DNA of 63,583 bases, the filler included, from Octopus bimaculoides (lineage: Eukaryota), in assembly GCF_001194135.2 (NCBI RefSeq). It is 6 parts of 5 records of this genome, joined end to end, with 100 filler letters (N's around TTAATTAATTAA, not from the genome) between each part and the next. Parts side by side here need not be neighbours in the genome. Positions count along the whole stretch, not along the records: positions 1 to 19,957 come from NC_068986.1; positions 20,058 to 33,883 come from NC_068991.1; 4 more parts are not named here. The stretch is one strand, 5' to 3'. The translations under genes and the position numbers were made by a program. Every line of letters begins with the position of its first letter. Within the stretch, counting starts at the first letter, position 1. The notes beneath the pieces are model-generated. The model worked only from the letters and a program-made list of their open reading frames with translations, had not been told where the DNA came from and made no database searches. Of this stretch, positions 11,378-23,818 are shown one piece after another.

Positions 11378-12490
11378 GATACACACACACACACAGATAC
11401 ACACACACACAAACACACACACACAGACACACACACACACACACACACAGACAGACACACACACACACAGACAACACGCGCACATATGCACGCACGCACA
11501 CACACACGCACGCACACGCCTATATAAATGCATATTCGCACTGAAACGACATTGATCCTGGATTTTATAGCTGACGAGAGGGTTTTCCAAATCTATTTCT
11601 CTTTTCCATTAACCGTTTGAATATCCTCTCGTATCTATATGTGCGCGCCCGTATGCATGTACAAGTATACACATATTCGCACACCATGTATATTATTTAG
11701 TAGTAGTAGTAGTAGTCTTAGTTGTAGTAGCAATAGTTGTTGCTGCGGTGGTAGTGGTGGTGATGGTTAGGTCATGTGATGTATGATTGTCACTAGCAAT
11801 CACCTAAATCACACAGGTAACAGATGTCAGTAACATACAATGTCAAAGGTGAAAATGGTGGTGGAGGATGTCCCACTTGTGGTTGAGGGATGGTATTTGA
11901 ATGGTTTCGAAACCGGACCTATCCCCACCCCACCAACCAACTGTTCTGTCTCCAGTTCGAATCACTTTAATGGTCATCTATCATCTACTTAGTAACCTTT
12001 TAATAAGGACCTCTCTAGACCACGTCATTAACATTCTCCAAGGAGATATAACATGCGCGCGCACACACACATACACTCATGTATACAGACACACTCACAA
12101 GTACATATACACAAGCATATATGTACACATATGAATGTATGTGTGTGTAATTGTTATATTATACAAGACGAAAGCTCTTATTGCCAGTATGGTACAGTTT
12201 ATAGTTCAACAGAATACAATCTCCAGAATAGACTACAAGTAGTTACATGACATTATTCACATTTACGTAATTAACTCTTCGGGTGTGAACTGACCGTACG
12301 ATCATCTTGAGGTGTAGCGCCGGGGAGGGGGGGGGCGAAATAGCAGAACTAACTGGGATATGCGGAATAATTCAAGTGTTAGCTAATAGGGTTACCTCCC
12401 CTTCAAATACTGATGCTAATCAATTGCCTCTCTCTGAATATACATGCATACACAGAAACACACACGCGCGTAACCGCTTATTCATGCAAT

Positions 12491-12538
<48 letters not shown>

Positions 12539-13667
12539 AACACACACATATGCGTGTGTGAGTGTGTTATATATTATCTGTGTTACAAATCTTGTCCAGA
12601 ATTTTTTTGAGTGCCTTGTTTTTTTTTATCGTTGTTGTTTATATTAATAATATCATTATCATTATAATTATCATTATTTGATTGCTGGGTGTGATGAAAG
12701 TGTCAGCTGTCCACAGCCAGCAGACTAAGGTGAAACTTGTTTACCGNNNNNNNNNNNNNNNNNNNNNNNNNNNNNNNNNNNNNNNNNNNNNNNNNNNNNN
12801 NNNNNNNNNNNNNNNNNNNNNNNNNNNNNNNNNNNNNNNNNNNNNNNNNNNNNNNNNNNNNNNNNNNNNNNNNNNNNNNNNNNNNNNNNNNNNNNNNNNN
12901 NNNNNNNNNNNNNNNNNNNNNNNNNNNNNNNNNNNNNNNNNNNNNNNNNNNNNNNNNNNNNNNNNNNNNNNNNNNNNNNNNNNNNNNNNNNNNNNNNNNN
13001 NNNNNNNNNNNNNNNNNNNNNNNNNNNNNNNNNNNNNNNNNNNNNNNNNNNNNNNNNNNNNNNNNNNNNNNNNNNNNNNNNNNNNNNNNNNNNNNNNNNN
13101 NNNNNNNNNNNNNNNNNNNNNNNNNNNNNNNNNNNNNNNNNNNNNNNNNNNNNNNNNNNNNNNNNNNNNNNNNNNNNNNNNNNNNNNNNNNNNNNNNNNN
13201 NNNNNNNNNNNNNNNNNNNNNNNNNNNNNNNNNNNNNNNNNNNNNNNNNNNNNNNNNNNNNNNNNNNNNNNNNNNNNNNNNNNNNNNNNNNNNNNNNNNN
13301 NNNNNNNNNNNNNNNNNNNNNNNNNNNNNNNNNNNNNNNNNNNNNNNNNNNNNNNNNNNNNNNNNNNNNNNNNNNNNNNNNNNNNNNNNNNNNNNNNNNN
13401 NNNNNNNNNNNNNNNNNNNNNNNNNNNNNNNNNNNNNNNNNNNNNNNNNNNNNNNNNNNNNNNNNNNNNNNNNNNNNNNNNNNNNNNNNNNNNNNNNNNN
13501 NNNNNNNNNNNNNNNNNNNNNNNNNNNNNNNNNNNNNNNNNNNNNNNNNNNNNNNNNNNNNNNNNNNNNNNNNNNNNNNNNNNNNNNNNNNNNNNNNNNN
13601 NNNNNNNNNNNNNNNNNNNNNNNNNNNNNNNNNNNNNNNNNNNNNNNNNNNNNNNNNNNNNNNNNNN

Positions 13668-13737
<70 letters not shown>

Positions 13738-13743
<6 letters not shown>

Positions 13744-14208
13744 AGTGTATGCCATCAAAGTGACACGGGGGGTAAATTATACGAAGCCCAGTATACCCAT
13801 CATGACTACCCGTCTGATAAGGGTACATCAAACACATGCATCACAACCAAATGTGCGCGACATGGTGATCTCATGACCTTGCAGGTGGGCCCCAGTTAGA
13901 ATTTTCTTCAGGTCGAGTAGCCCATCTCGCTCAAAAGGTTGTTTAAGGATGCTGAACGAAACACTCATATTTCCAAAGGTGAATTATCCAAACCCCAAAG
14001 AATTCCTTTCAATACATAGCTATGAAGCCCCCCCCCCATTATTTCTGCTCGTGATCAGAGATCTACATATTGTCATCCACTAAGGGACATGCTCAACTGG
14101 TTAAGGTCAAACAATTGACAAGCAAATCTGTGGTATTGAACAGAATATTTGCCCATCATTTATACAAAGACAAAACAATGTATATGATAACACTTCCAAT
14201 CAGTTAAG
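13738..14208. repeat. Non-coding about 470-bp interspersed repeat (family G), copy 1
   Basis: gagagcagtg-atgccatcaaagtgacac...ccaatcagttaag is shared with 14983 and 33629. Right end abuts (ATT)n. No coding motif recognised. Confidence 0.85.
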
Positions 14209-14262
<54 letters not shown>

Positions 14263-14375
14263 NNNNNNNNNNNNNNNNNNNNNNNNNNNNNNNNNNNNNN
14301 NNNNNNNNNNNNNNNNNNNNNNNNNNNNNNNNNNNNNNNNNNNNNNNNNNNNNNNNNNNNNNNNNNNNNNNNNNN

Positions 14376-14477
<102 letters not shown>

Positions 14478-14478
14478 T

Positions 14479-14800
14479 TGCCTTTTAATTCAGGGTGTGT
14501 TGGAACTCCTGAAGTCTTGCATGAGTAGCAGGTTTGCTATCTGCATATCTGTTCTTTTCAACCATCTAATACTTTCCTGATAATTCTGGCATTGCCAAGA
14601 AGGCAAATTTTTGCAACAGCTCTACTGGGTTCTCTATTCCCATTTCCTTATATTCTTGTTGATGCCTTCTGATACTGTACCCAAGGATCTAACAATAACT
14701 GACACTATCATCACATTTTTCATTTTTCACAGTTGAGGTATGACGTATTTAAGAGGACTGTATATGTCTATTTTTTTCACCTTCCTTCTTAACTATTCGT
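14479..14800 (-). mobile_element. R4/Dong-type 3' fragment (subfamily B)
   Basis: Minus strand reads VIVRSLGTVSEGINKNIR and, after a frameshift, the LLQK-CLLG-ARIIRKVL-type C-terminus. Its 3'UTR ends at the (AAT)n tract. Confidence 0.75.
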
Positions 14801-14982
14801 GGGTCAGAGGGGTACACAACATCACTTATAGAGCACATGCGTTCACCACCACTAGGTCCGGCTTGTTGTGTTGAAGCACCTGGTCCGTTTGGATTGGGAA
14901 ATGCCACAAGATTTTGTAGGCCTCCCATTCAGCCACTCTCTGTGGTTTGTCTTCATACTACGAATATTATTATTACTGACTG

Positions 14983-15232
14983 AGAGAGCAGCGCATGCCA
15001 TCAACATGACACTGGGGTACAGATATACGAAGTCCAATATACCCATCATGACTACCCGTCTGATAAGGATACACTAGGTACATGCATCACAACCATATGT
15101 GATGCATGTACCTAACAAGATAAACAGCGCATCACCTTGTAGGTAGGGCCCAATTAGAATTTTCTTCAGGTCAATTAGCCCATCCCGCTCAAAAGATCCC
15201 TGAATAAGGGTTGTTCAAGGATGCTGAACGAA
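14983..15232. repeat. Family G copy 2 (partial)
   Basis: Same sequence as 13738 and 33629, preceded by attattattatt. Confidence 0.85.
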
Positions 15233-15239
15233 CACTCTT

Positions 15240-15307
<68 letters not shown>

Positions 15308-15310
15308 TGA

Positions 15311-15560
15311 GGGCGCATGGCCTAATGGTTAGGGTGTTGCACTCAAGATATCGATATCGTGGTTTCAATTCCTAGACCAAGTGGTGCGTTGTGTTCTTGA
15401 GCAAAACACTTCATCTCACGTTGCTCTACAATCTCTTCGATGCCTGACACGTGGTACACCGTGCGCCTGTTCAGGTGACGTCGATTTGATGGAGAGAGTG
15501 AGCTGATGGACAGCGCAAACATTTGATCACTATAAACAAATCATTTGTGCAGGTCCTCTT
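15311..15560 (+). repeat. SINE family C-related copy
   Basis: gcgcatggcctaatggttagggtgttgcactc...ggtttcaattcc (tRNA-like head), then gttgtgttcttgagcaaaacacttcatctcacgttgctc. Confidence 0.75.
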
Positions 15561-15595
15561 CGACAGGTGACTCCATTATTATTATAATTATTATT

Positions 15596-15773
15596 GAGCT
15601 GGGAGAATCGTTAGCATGCTAGACGAAATGCTTAGCGGTATTTCGCCCGTCGCTACGTTCTGAGTACAGATTCCGTTGAGGTCTATAAATTAAGTACCAG
15701 AGAAACACTGGAGTCGATATGATCGACTTGTTCCCTTCCCCAAATTTCAGGCCTTGTGCCTATAGTAGAAAGG
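15596..15773 (+). repeat. SINE family B copy with an (ATT)n tail
   Basis: gagctgggagaatcgttagc...ggccttgtgcctatagtagaaagg followed by (att)n. Confidence 0.85.
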
Positions 15774-15830
<57 letters not shown>

Positions 15831-15833
<3 letters not shown>

Positions 15834-16039
15834 TAGTTTTATTTTTATAACGTGCTTTCACTTCACTACCGAGCGCAGCTCTGTGCGCCTTGGGTATGTG
15901 CTGTGGTTTGCTGTGGTGCTCTTATGTTTACTGTATTGAAAGTGTTTTGCGTAGAATGTGTGCAGTACCCAGTAGTGCAATTTTCTGTATGTTATATATA
16001 TTTGTAAGTCCTGGTGTTTTTGTTATGTATTTGTTTGAA

Positions 16040-16040
<1 letters not shown>
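15831..16040 (-). mobile_element. R4/Dong-type extreme 3' fragment (subfamily C), flanked by (AAT)n on both sides
   Basis: TKTPGLTNIYNIQKIALLGTAHILRKTLSIQ* plus a 3'UTR nearly identical to 48457-48556. Confidence 0.88.
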
Positions 16041-16079
<39 letters not shown>

Positions 16080-16908
16080 CATTATTATTATTAATGGGAA
16101 GACGGTAGCCAAAGTTGGCTGGTGATTTAGTTAAGATCAGCAATGTACGATAGCAAAACACATGTAGGGCGATATCAGTAAAATAGACACTAACATATGG
16201 AGTGGACCAAATAATTTGATGGAGCCTGACTATATAACAATCATCACCTAAGTCTCTGGTGGAGAAAGGTATGGGAAACAACGCCGGAATTTTAGTTAAT
16301 TATATTTATTAAAGACATAAGGAACAAAAAGAAACAGAAGATGGTGTGGACTAAGTCTGATCATCATTAACAATATTTCCTTTAGTGGGTTTAGTTATAT
16401 GTCTGCAGCGCTATACGTTATTTCTGTATTATTAGCCTTCCCCAACAAAACGTTGTCTAACTGTTTACTGACATTAGACTCATTAAAGAAGACATAGATT
16501 TATCGTGAATAAAGACTGAATGTTGTACTAGCGTCTTCAATGTTTTTAGAGTTAAGTTATTGTAAAGGTATACAGAGAATATTCAAAAGTTAGCAAGAAA
16601 TGATAATGTAGTGATGGAGAAAGAAACATGATATTAGTCAATGGGTAATGACTGACAATTCATTAGAACAACATTAAGAAAATTTGTTGCGGTAGTTATT
16701 ACGTAATTAATCATAACATTTTGAATTCAAAACTCATTACAGTCAACTTTGCTTTCATACTTCCGTTACTAGGGTCAATATATTCGACTTGGTGTCTTAC
16801 TTAAAATTTGAGACCGTGTCTCTACGTAAGTAATGTACATAATTTTTTTTTTTTTTTGGGGGGGGGGTTCTTGTTTCTTCTGTGTAGAAGAATCAAAACC
16901 AAACGTAC

Positions 16909-17069
16909 CTTAGCGTTGAAATAACATAGCCTACATCTTAACTCTTTAGCATTTAAATCAGCCATATCAGACCCAAAATATTCTACCTGTTTTATGTTCA
17001 GAGAAGTCAGATCCAGTCTCCCTACAATGTCATTCTCAAAATAAACAATCACATCATAGAATCTCGAAG
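16909..17069 (-). CDS. Candidate internal exon (161 nt, or 83 nt to the donor at 16986) of an unidentified minus-strand gene
   Basis: Branch-like ctaat, acceptor cattatcttgtag, donors ACAG|gtagaa and AAG|gtacgt. Only the phase-1 frame is open: SRFYDVIVYFENDIVGRLDLTSLNIKQVEYFGSDMADLNAKELRCRLCYFNAK. Confidence 0.3.
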
Positions 17070-18549
17070 CTACAAGATAATGCATCATTAGTTCAATACA
17101 ATCAGAAAAAATAAGCATTGAATTTGATAGAGTAACCAGGCTCGTAGTTCAAGGGCAACAACTTCTAACTAAATAATATTAGAGTTATTTCCCTGTAAAG
17201 TATTCCGCCATTTTTGTATTAGACAATTCTTGTTTCTGACTTTGGATGTAAGGTTTAACTTTATCAGTTATCTTCAGCTCATAAGTAGTAAAGGTTATAT
17301 TGCCTTTATAACAATATAGATATGGGACATTTATAATGCAATCCTGTTATTTTGTATGTAAGTCTCGTACAAACAGGTACGTAGATTGTTTTTCTTTTTA
17401 AAACTCAGCAATGTTAATTTACAATTACTTGCTCTACAGCATGTGTGCGTGCATGTGTGTGTTTGCGCGGTATGATAAATGGAGAATCGCGGCGTAATTT
17501 CCTATGAAAATGGACATTGTATAAAAATAAAAAAAAACCTGGTTTACCTGAACTATCAAAACGAAAACAAAAGTTTACCTTCACCTTTGTTATTAATCTT
17601 TCTTACGCCTCATTATATCATATAATTAATGTTTTTTTTAATACTGTTTCTAATTAAATATTTTTAATACTGTTTCTAATTAAATATTTTAAAGTTAGCT
17701 AAATGTGATTTTTTTTCACAATATACACGCTTTTAAAATGGAATTATTGCTGACTCTGGCACACCAATTTTCCTCGTACTTTTCATGAATATGAATATTT
17801 TTATTAATGAAATTTTTTACGAATACCATTTAGATGGTGTAAATTGTGTAAGTATGCAACTGCCTCTTACACATAATCATATCGTAAAATTTATATTTTT
17901 TAATGTAGGTTTTAATCAGATATTTATAAATCACTGGAATGTTTCCGCGTAATACTCGTTGCTTTTTCGTTTTTTCAGTTTTAGTAAAATAAAAAGAAAA
18001 AAATTAATATTTTGCTGTCGATTCGGTATTTCCTGTTTACAATAGAGCTTTCAAGCATTTCAAATTGTTTTTAAAATGAAGTCATGATTCTCCACCATTC
18101 ACTGTAACATATATTTATTTCCAACCTGTTTCACGAGAATTATTTACAAAGCAACAATAACAAAGTGCAATGAATGAGGTAGCAAAGACACAGTTATATA
18201 CAAGGGAGATAACCAGTATTTTAAACCCTCGTTAGTAGGATTTACGTGGTGTATTACCAAACGGACCTGGTAATGTGAGATTAAGAACAGAGATAAACGG
18301 AGATTAATTCACTTTCATACACCTTGGATTTTTGTTTAGTGTTTGATGACTTAAGGTATAGGGGTGCCTAAACCGAAACACCCTTGGTGATTTTATGTTG
18401 TAACTTTATGTATTATTAGAAACAGCAGCGAAATCACCTTTAAACGAATCGTTACCGTCTTAAAAATGAAAAGACACATTGCAAAATGTGGTCTTAAATA
18501 TATTATCTCTAAATAAAAGAAGACTCATTGTACAGTATAGTCTTATAAA

Positions 18550-18845
18550 TAGGTGTGGTTGTGTGGTAAGAACCACATGGTTCCCACTGTGTAGCACTTT
18601 GGGCAAGTGCCTTCTATAGTCTCAGGTCGACCAAATCCTTGTGAGTAAATTTTGTAGACTGAAACTGCAAGAAGCCCGTCATATATATATATGTTTGTGT
18701 CTGTTTGCCCCCACCCCATCACCGCTTGACAAACGGTGCTGGTGTGTTTATGTTCGTGTAACTTAGCGGTTCGGCAAAACTATTCTATAAAATAAGTACT
18801 AGGCTTTAAAAAATAGGTCTTGGGCTCGATTTGTTCGATTAAATT
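18550..18845 (+). repeat. SINE family A copy
   Basis: gtggttgtgtggtaag...cccactgtgtagcactttgggcaagtg...gaaactgcaagaagcccgtc...cttagcggttcggcaaa. Confidence 0.88.
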
Positions 18846-19249
18846 CATTTCACTCTCTCTCTCTCTCTCTCTATGTATATATATATATGTCTATCCATTC
18901 TAAACAGGCACTGTCCCTTAGCCTTAGATTTGGTAGTTGATAAAGAAAGATTAATAAATTAAAAAGGAACCACAATCCTTTACAAGCTATGACCCTAACA
19001 AACATCATACAGTTCTTAGAAGTGTAGTATATTCTGAGTTACATTAGTAGCAACATGGACTTTCTCCCTCTTCTTGCTCCATTAGAGAATTTGAGAAAAA
19101 TTATATTAACATGTCCAACTGATTAAATATTCTATTTATTTATGCAGCTGAAGATAGCCCTCCAGGCAGCTCCCCGCCACTTATTAGCATTATAGACCAC
19201 TGGGACTTGTTGACTTTATACACTGTTTACATTATATATATTTTTTTTT

Positions 19250-19560
19250 TTGGCTGCTTTTGCAGATTTCCATGACTCTCTGTCACCATCCAGTTCCATT
19301 AATATGAATTTGGATTGGGAGCTTGAGTATAGTGAATTGTTCATTAGCTGATAACATCACACAACCATGGACATCCCACTATGGATGTGTTGCAGTTACT
19401 CTCGCGGTAGAGCTTGGTGATCCTGATGGTTGGTCTTTTAGGGTTCCTCCATTAAGCATCAATGTAAGATGTATCATTGGCTCAGTTGAGCTCTTCCACT
19501 ACATCTTCACAGTTCATGATGCTGCAGTCCTATGACTTTGCCGTATCCTTGGCAGGGTGG
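19250..19560 (-). mobile_element. Possible RTE LINE 3'-end remnant
   Basis: Minus strand contains LMELDGDRESWKS, resembling the RTE C-terminal A-DR--WR motif. Otherwise heavily degraded. Confidence 0.35.
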
Positions 19561-19652
19561 CTGAATGGGTGTTATGCCTTGCCAAAGGGCAGCCTGTACT
19601 CTGTGAGGTATTTTCATAATATCTGCATACCCCATATTCTATGTTTTAATTA

Positions 19653-19957
19653 GGCGTAGGAGTGGCTGCGTGGTAAGTAGCTTGCTTACCAACCACATGG
19701 TCCCGGGTTCAGTCCCACTGCGTGGCATCTTGGGCAAGTGTCTTCTACTATAGCCTCGGGCCGACCAAAGCCTTGTGAGTGGATTTGGTAGACGGAAACT
19801 GAAAGAAGCCCGTCGTATATATGTATATATATATGTGTGTGTTTGTGTGTCTGTGTTTGTCCCCCCAACATCGCTTGACAACCGATGCTGGCGTGTTTAT
19901 GTCCCCGTAACTTAGCGGTTCGGCAAAAGAGACCGATAGAATAAGTACTAGGCTTCT
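19653..19957 (+). repeat. SINE family A copy, truncated by a scaffold join
   Basis: ggcgtaggagtggctgcgtggtaagtagcttgct...ccgggttcagtcccactg (tRNA-like A/B boxes), body and internal TA/TG tract. Confidence 0.92.
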
Positions 19958-20057
19958 NNNNNNNNNNNNNNNNNNNNNNNNNNNNNNNNNNNNNNNNNNN
20001 NTTAATTAATTAANNNNNNNNNNNNNNNNNNNNNNNNNNNNNNNNNNNNNNNNNNNN
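19958..20057. other. Artificial scaffold spacer N44-TTAATTAATTAA-N44
   Basis: Exactly 100 bp with a palindromic all-frame stop linker at 20002-20013. The same structure occurs five times. Confidence 0.95.
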
Positions 20058-20095
<38 letters not shown>

Positions 20096-20100
20096 ACATA

Positions 20101-20268
20101 CTTGACGGGCTTCTTTCAGTTTCTGTCTACCAAATCCACTCACAAGGCTCTGGTTGGCCTGAGACACTATACTAGAAGACACTTGCCCAAGGTGCCACAC
20201 AGTGGGACTGAACCCGGAATCATGTGGTTGGAAAGCAAGCTTCTTCCTACACAGCCACTCCTGCATCT
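20101..20268 (-). repeat. SINE family A 5' half
   Basis: gacgggcttctttcagtttc...cacttgcccaaggtgccacacagtgggactgaaccc...cacagccactcctgc. Confidence 0.88.
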
Positions 20269-20619
20269 ACAACATTTCTAAAATTGTTGTTGCGTCTTAT
20301 AACCTTTTCAATAGATGTTGACTCTGTCCATTATCAAAGCTGTATTCTTTTTGTTTGTTTGTTTTTTGTTTGTGTGCATGTGTGTGTATGTGTTTACACA
20401 TATGTATGTATGTATGTGTGTCTCCATATGTGTCCTTGTGTGTGTGTGTGTGTGTGTGTGTGTGAAGTGTGCATGTGTGTATATGGTCATGTGTTTCAGG
20501 CTTCATTTCTGTATGTATGTATGTGTGCTTGTCTGTCCGTATTACCTATGTACCTATTGATCTGTTTATCTATTTCTTTACAAACATATCCATTTACCTA
20601 CATACATATATATATATAG

Positions 20620-20650
<31 letters not shown>

Positions 20651-21552
20651 TATATAATGGCTGCCCACTCGTTATCGAGTATGGTCATTGCACGAAGCTT
20701 AACTTAATGGTGCTGTGATTGAATGTGACTTTATATATATATATACATACATATATATATATATATATNNNNNNNNNNNNNNNNNNNNNNNNNNNNNNNN
20801 NNNNNNNNNNNNNNNNNNNNNNNNNNNNNNNNNNNNNNNNNNNNNNNNNNNNNNNNNNNNNNNNNNNNNNNNNNNNNNNNNNNNNNNNNNNNNNNNNNNN
20901 NNNNNNNNNNNNNNNNNNNNNNNNNNNNNNNNNNNNNNNNNNNNNNNNNNNNNNNNNNNNNNNNNNNNNNNNNNNNNNNNNNNNNNNNNNNNNNNNNNNN
21001 NNNNNNNNNNNNNNNNNNNNNNNNNNNNNNNNNNNNNNNNNNNNNNNNNNNNNNNNNNNNNNNNNNNNNNNNNNNNNNNNNNNNNNNNNNNNNNNNNNNN
21101 NNNNNNNNNNNNNNNNNNNNNNNNNNNNNNNNNNNNNNNNNNNNNNNNNNNNNNNNNNNNNNNNNNNNNNNNNNNNNNNNNNNNNNNNNNNNNNNNNNNN
21201 NNNNNNNNNNNNNNNNNNNNNNNNNNNNNNNNNNNNNNNNNNNNNNNNNNNNNNNNNNNNNNNNNNNNNNNNNNNNNNNNNNNNNNNNNNNNNNNNNNNN
21301 NNNNNNNNNNNNNNNNNNNNNNNNNNNNNNNNNNNNNNNNNNNNNNNNNNNNNNNNNNNNNNNNNNNNNNNNNNNNNNNNNNNNNNNNNNNNNNNNNNNN
21401 NNNNNNNNNNNNNNNNNNNNNNNNNNNNNNNNNNNNNNNNNNNNNNNNNNNNNNNNNNNNNNNNNNNNNNNNNNNNNNNNNNNNNNNNNNNNNNNNNNNN
21501 NNNNNNNNNNNNNNNNNNNNNNNNNNNNNNNNNNNNNNNNNNNNNNNNNNNN

Positions 21553-21790
21553 CGGGTTCCCTCAACTGTTAGGGTGTGGCACGTCTACATAACAGTGGGT
21601 GACACGTAAAAGCACCCACTACACTCTCTGAGTGGTTGGCGTTAGGCAGGGCATCGAGCTGTAGAAACTCTGCCAAATTAGATTGGAGCCTGGTGTTGCC
21701 ATCCGGTTTCACCAGTCCTCAGTCAAATCGTCTAACCCATGCTAGCATGGAAAGCGGACGTTAAACGATGATGATGATGATGATGATGAT
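21553..21790 (+). repeat. RTE-type 3'-tail repeat with a (GAT)n tail
   Basis: gtaaaagcacccactacactctctgagtggttggcgttagg-agggcatc-agctgtagaaactctgcc...cgttaaacgatgatgat. Second copy at 29895. Confidence 0.6.
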
Positions 21791-21799
21791 AACAGCCTA

Positions 21800-23540
21800 C
21801 TAACAACTCTACCTGTGTATATATAAACTGTGGGTATTGGGGTATAACTACTTCTAAGTGTATTTCCTATTTAGTACTGGGGATGTTTCATTTATGAGGA
21901 TGTACTCCTATATTTATCTGAGTGTTGGGTCCTTTGGGTGCTTGGATAAAATGTGGATGTCAAGTTGATCCAGTGTGTTTTCATGTTGGTCTTTGGCATG
22001 TTAGTAGAATATGGAGTACTGTTTTTTGTCATTTTGTTTTAAATGTTCATTTAGTCTCTCCGCAATGCTTCTAGATGTCTCACCTATGTTTATACTGTTC
22101 TTGTCTTCACAAATACCTTCATTGCATTTTATGCTGTAGACTACATTTCTAGTTCTACAGTTAATGCTAGGGCTAATCTTACATACTTTGAAGTTATCAT
22201 TGGTGCATGTGGTATTTTCAAAGAGGTATGTTCTACATAGTTGTGATCTGATAGAGCTCCCTGGCTGTTCAGCGATTTTAATGTTGAGTTTGGCCTCTTT
22301 CAGAGCTTTCCTAAATCTTTGGCTTGTTCTCCAAGGGCTGTGACCTCTACAGACATCACTCCTTGATATTTGTCAATCTTGTACCACATGTTGACCCTGT
22401 TTGCTTTGTCACAAACTCTTTGTATCCTATTCTAGTTTTTACTTCTATATCTAGGGCAGGTGCCACTGGTTTCATTACTTATAATGGTAACTTCTTTCTA
22501 GCTCCACTGTATACCTGAACCCTATCATTCTAATCATATCCAGAGAATTGCATGCAGTGCATGAAGTTCTGTACATGTTTATTTGTTTCATAGGATTTGC
22601 ATAATGGGGACATGTTCATTATCCTAAGTCTGCTTTCAGTATGCTGATTTTCATGTTGTATGACAAAGCTGAGTTCTTGTGAACAACATATTATGAAGCT
22701 ATGGGTTTCATGTAATAGAAGTGGAGGAGCTGGACTCTGTTGTTCACAGTCTCAAACCAAAGTTCAGTATCAAGGACAGAGAGTCTATTGTTAAGGTGCC
22801 TAGTGGGGTAATCTATAGTTACCTTGATACTTTGGTGGATGGAATTAGCTACATGCTGGATGCTCTCCATTTTGCTCCTCTCGGTTTCTACATTACAGTT
22901 ACTAAAGTTTGTCCTAACTAGAATATTAATATCATCTGCATACCTACAGTGAAACAATTGTGGATTGTTCTGCTAAGGATTGTGTAAGATTTCTGTCTTG
23001 CCAGGTCATGAAGAGGCCGGACACATCTCCAGCCACAGTGACACCAATAACTGCACCCTGAACCTGCCTGTATAGTTTCCTGTTAAACTTCACAATGTGA
23101 TTCTTCAAGGTGGTTCTTATGCTAGCCCCTATTGCATGTGCAATCATTCTCTTCACCTGACTGTTGTTCTCAGGGTCTTGAGTGGGTATGGTCCATCCAC
23201 TCCAGTGCTCTGCAGTGCTTTCCTTTGCTGCCAAGGTGGTGGTGGGTGGTCTTCCCCTCTGTGACCTTGTGGGGCAGAATCTACTAAGATCATGGTTGTC
23301 TAGGTAATTTCAGTCAGCCTAGTTCAAGGATGAGGCCCAGTTCCCTCGTGTTGACTTCATGAAACTCCACTCTCACAGATAATCTCAATGCATTTTTCCA
23401 CAGCAAAATCTATGTCTCTAGATAGGTAGAGTGAAACTGCATCAGCACTACCCACTACACAACCTGCGAGGTTGTTGGAGTGGTTGCAACTATTGCTTCT
23501 ACTGAGGAGATCCTTCTTGCTCACACAGACAGTCTATTGT
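21800..23540 (-). mobile_element. Penelope-like element (RT + GIY-YIG endonuclease), degraded
   Basis: Minus strand reads GSADAVSLY (RT motif), KLYRQVQGAVIGVTVAGDVSGLFM, RYADDI, IDYP...LSVLDTELW, YYMKPIAS, and RNVVYSIKC...IGETSRSIAERLNEHL (GIY-YIG). Confidence 0.9.
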
Positions 23541-23786
23541 GTAGAATTTTTTCATTAACTATGATGATTATTTTATTTTTATGAAGGAAGAAAAAGTAAA
23601 ACAAGTCTAAATTGAAAGCATAAGACAAATTGATTTATTCTACTAAATTGATTTGTGTTTTCAAAAGCAGCTTTCTTTGAGAAAGCTATTTTGCACATAT
23701 CATTTTTAACAATGTCACTCACACGTACATTGTTAAAGTTGAAGTTCTGTAGTTTTTTGAGAGAAACATATAATTTTTGTTTCTTT

Positions 23787-23818
<32 letters not shown>

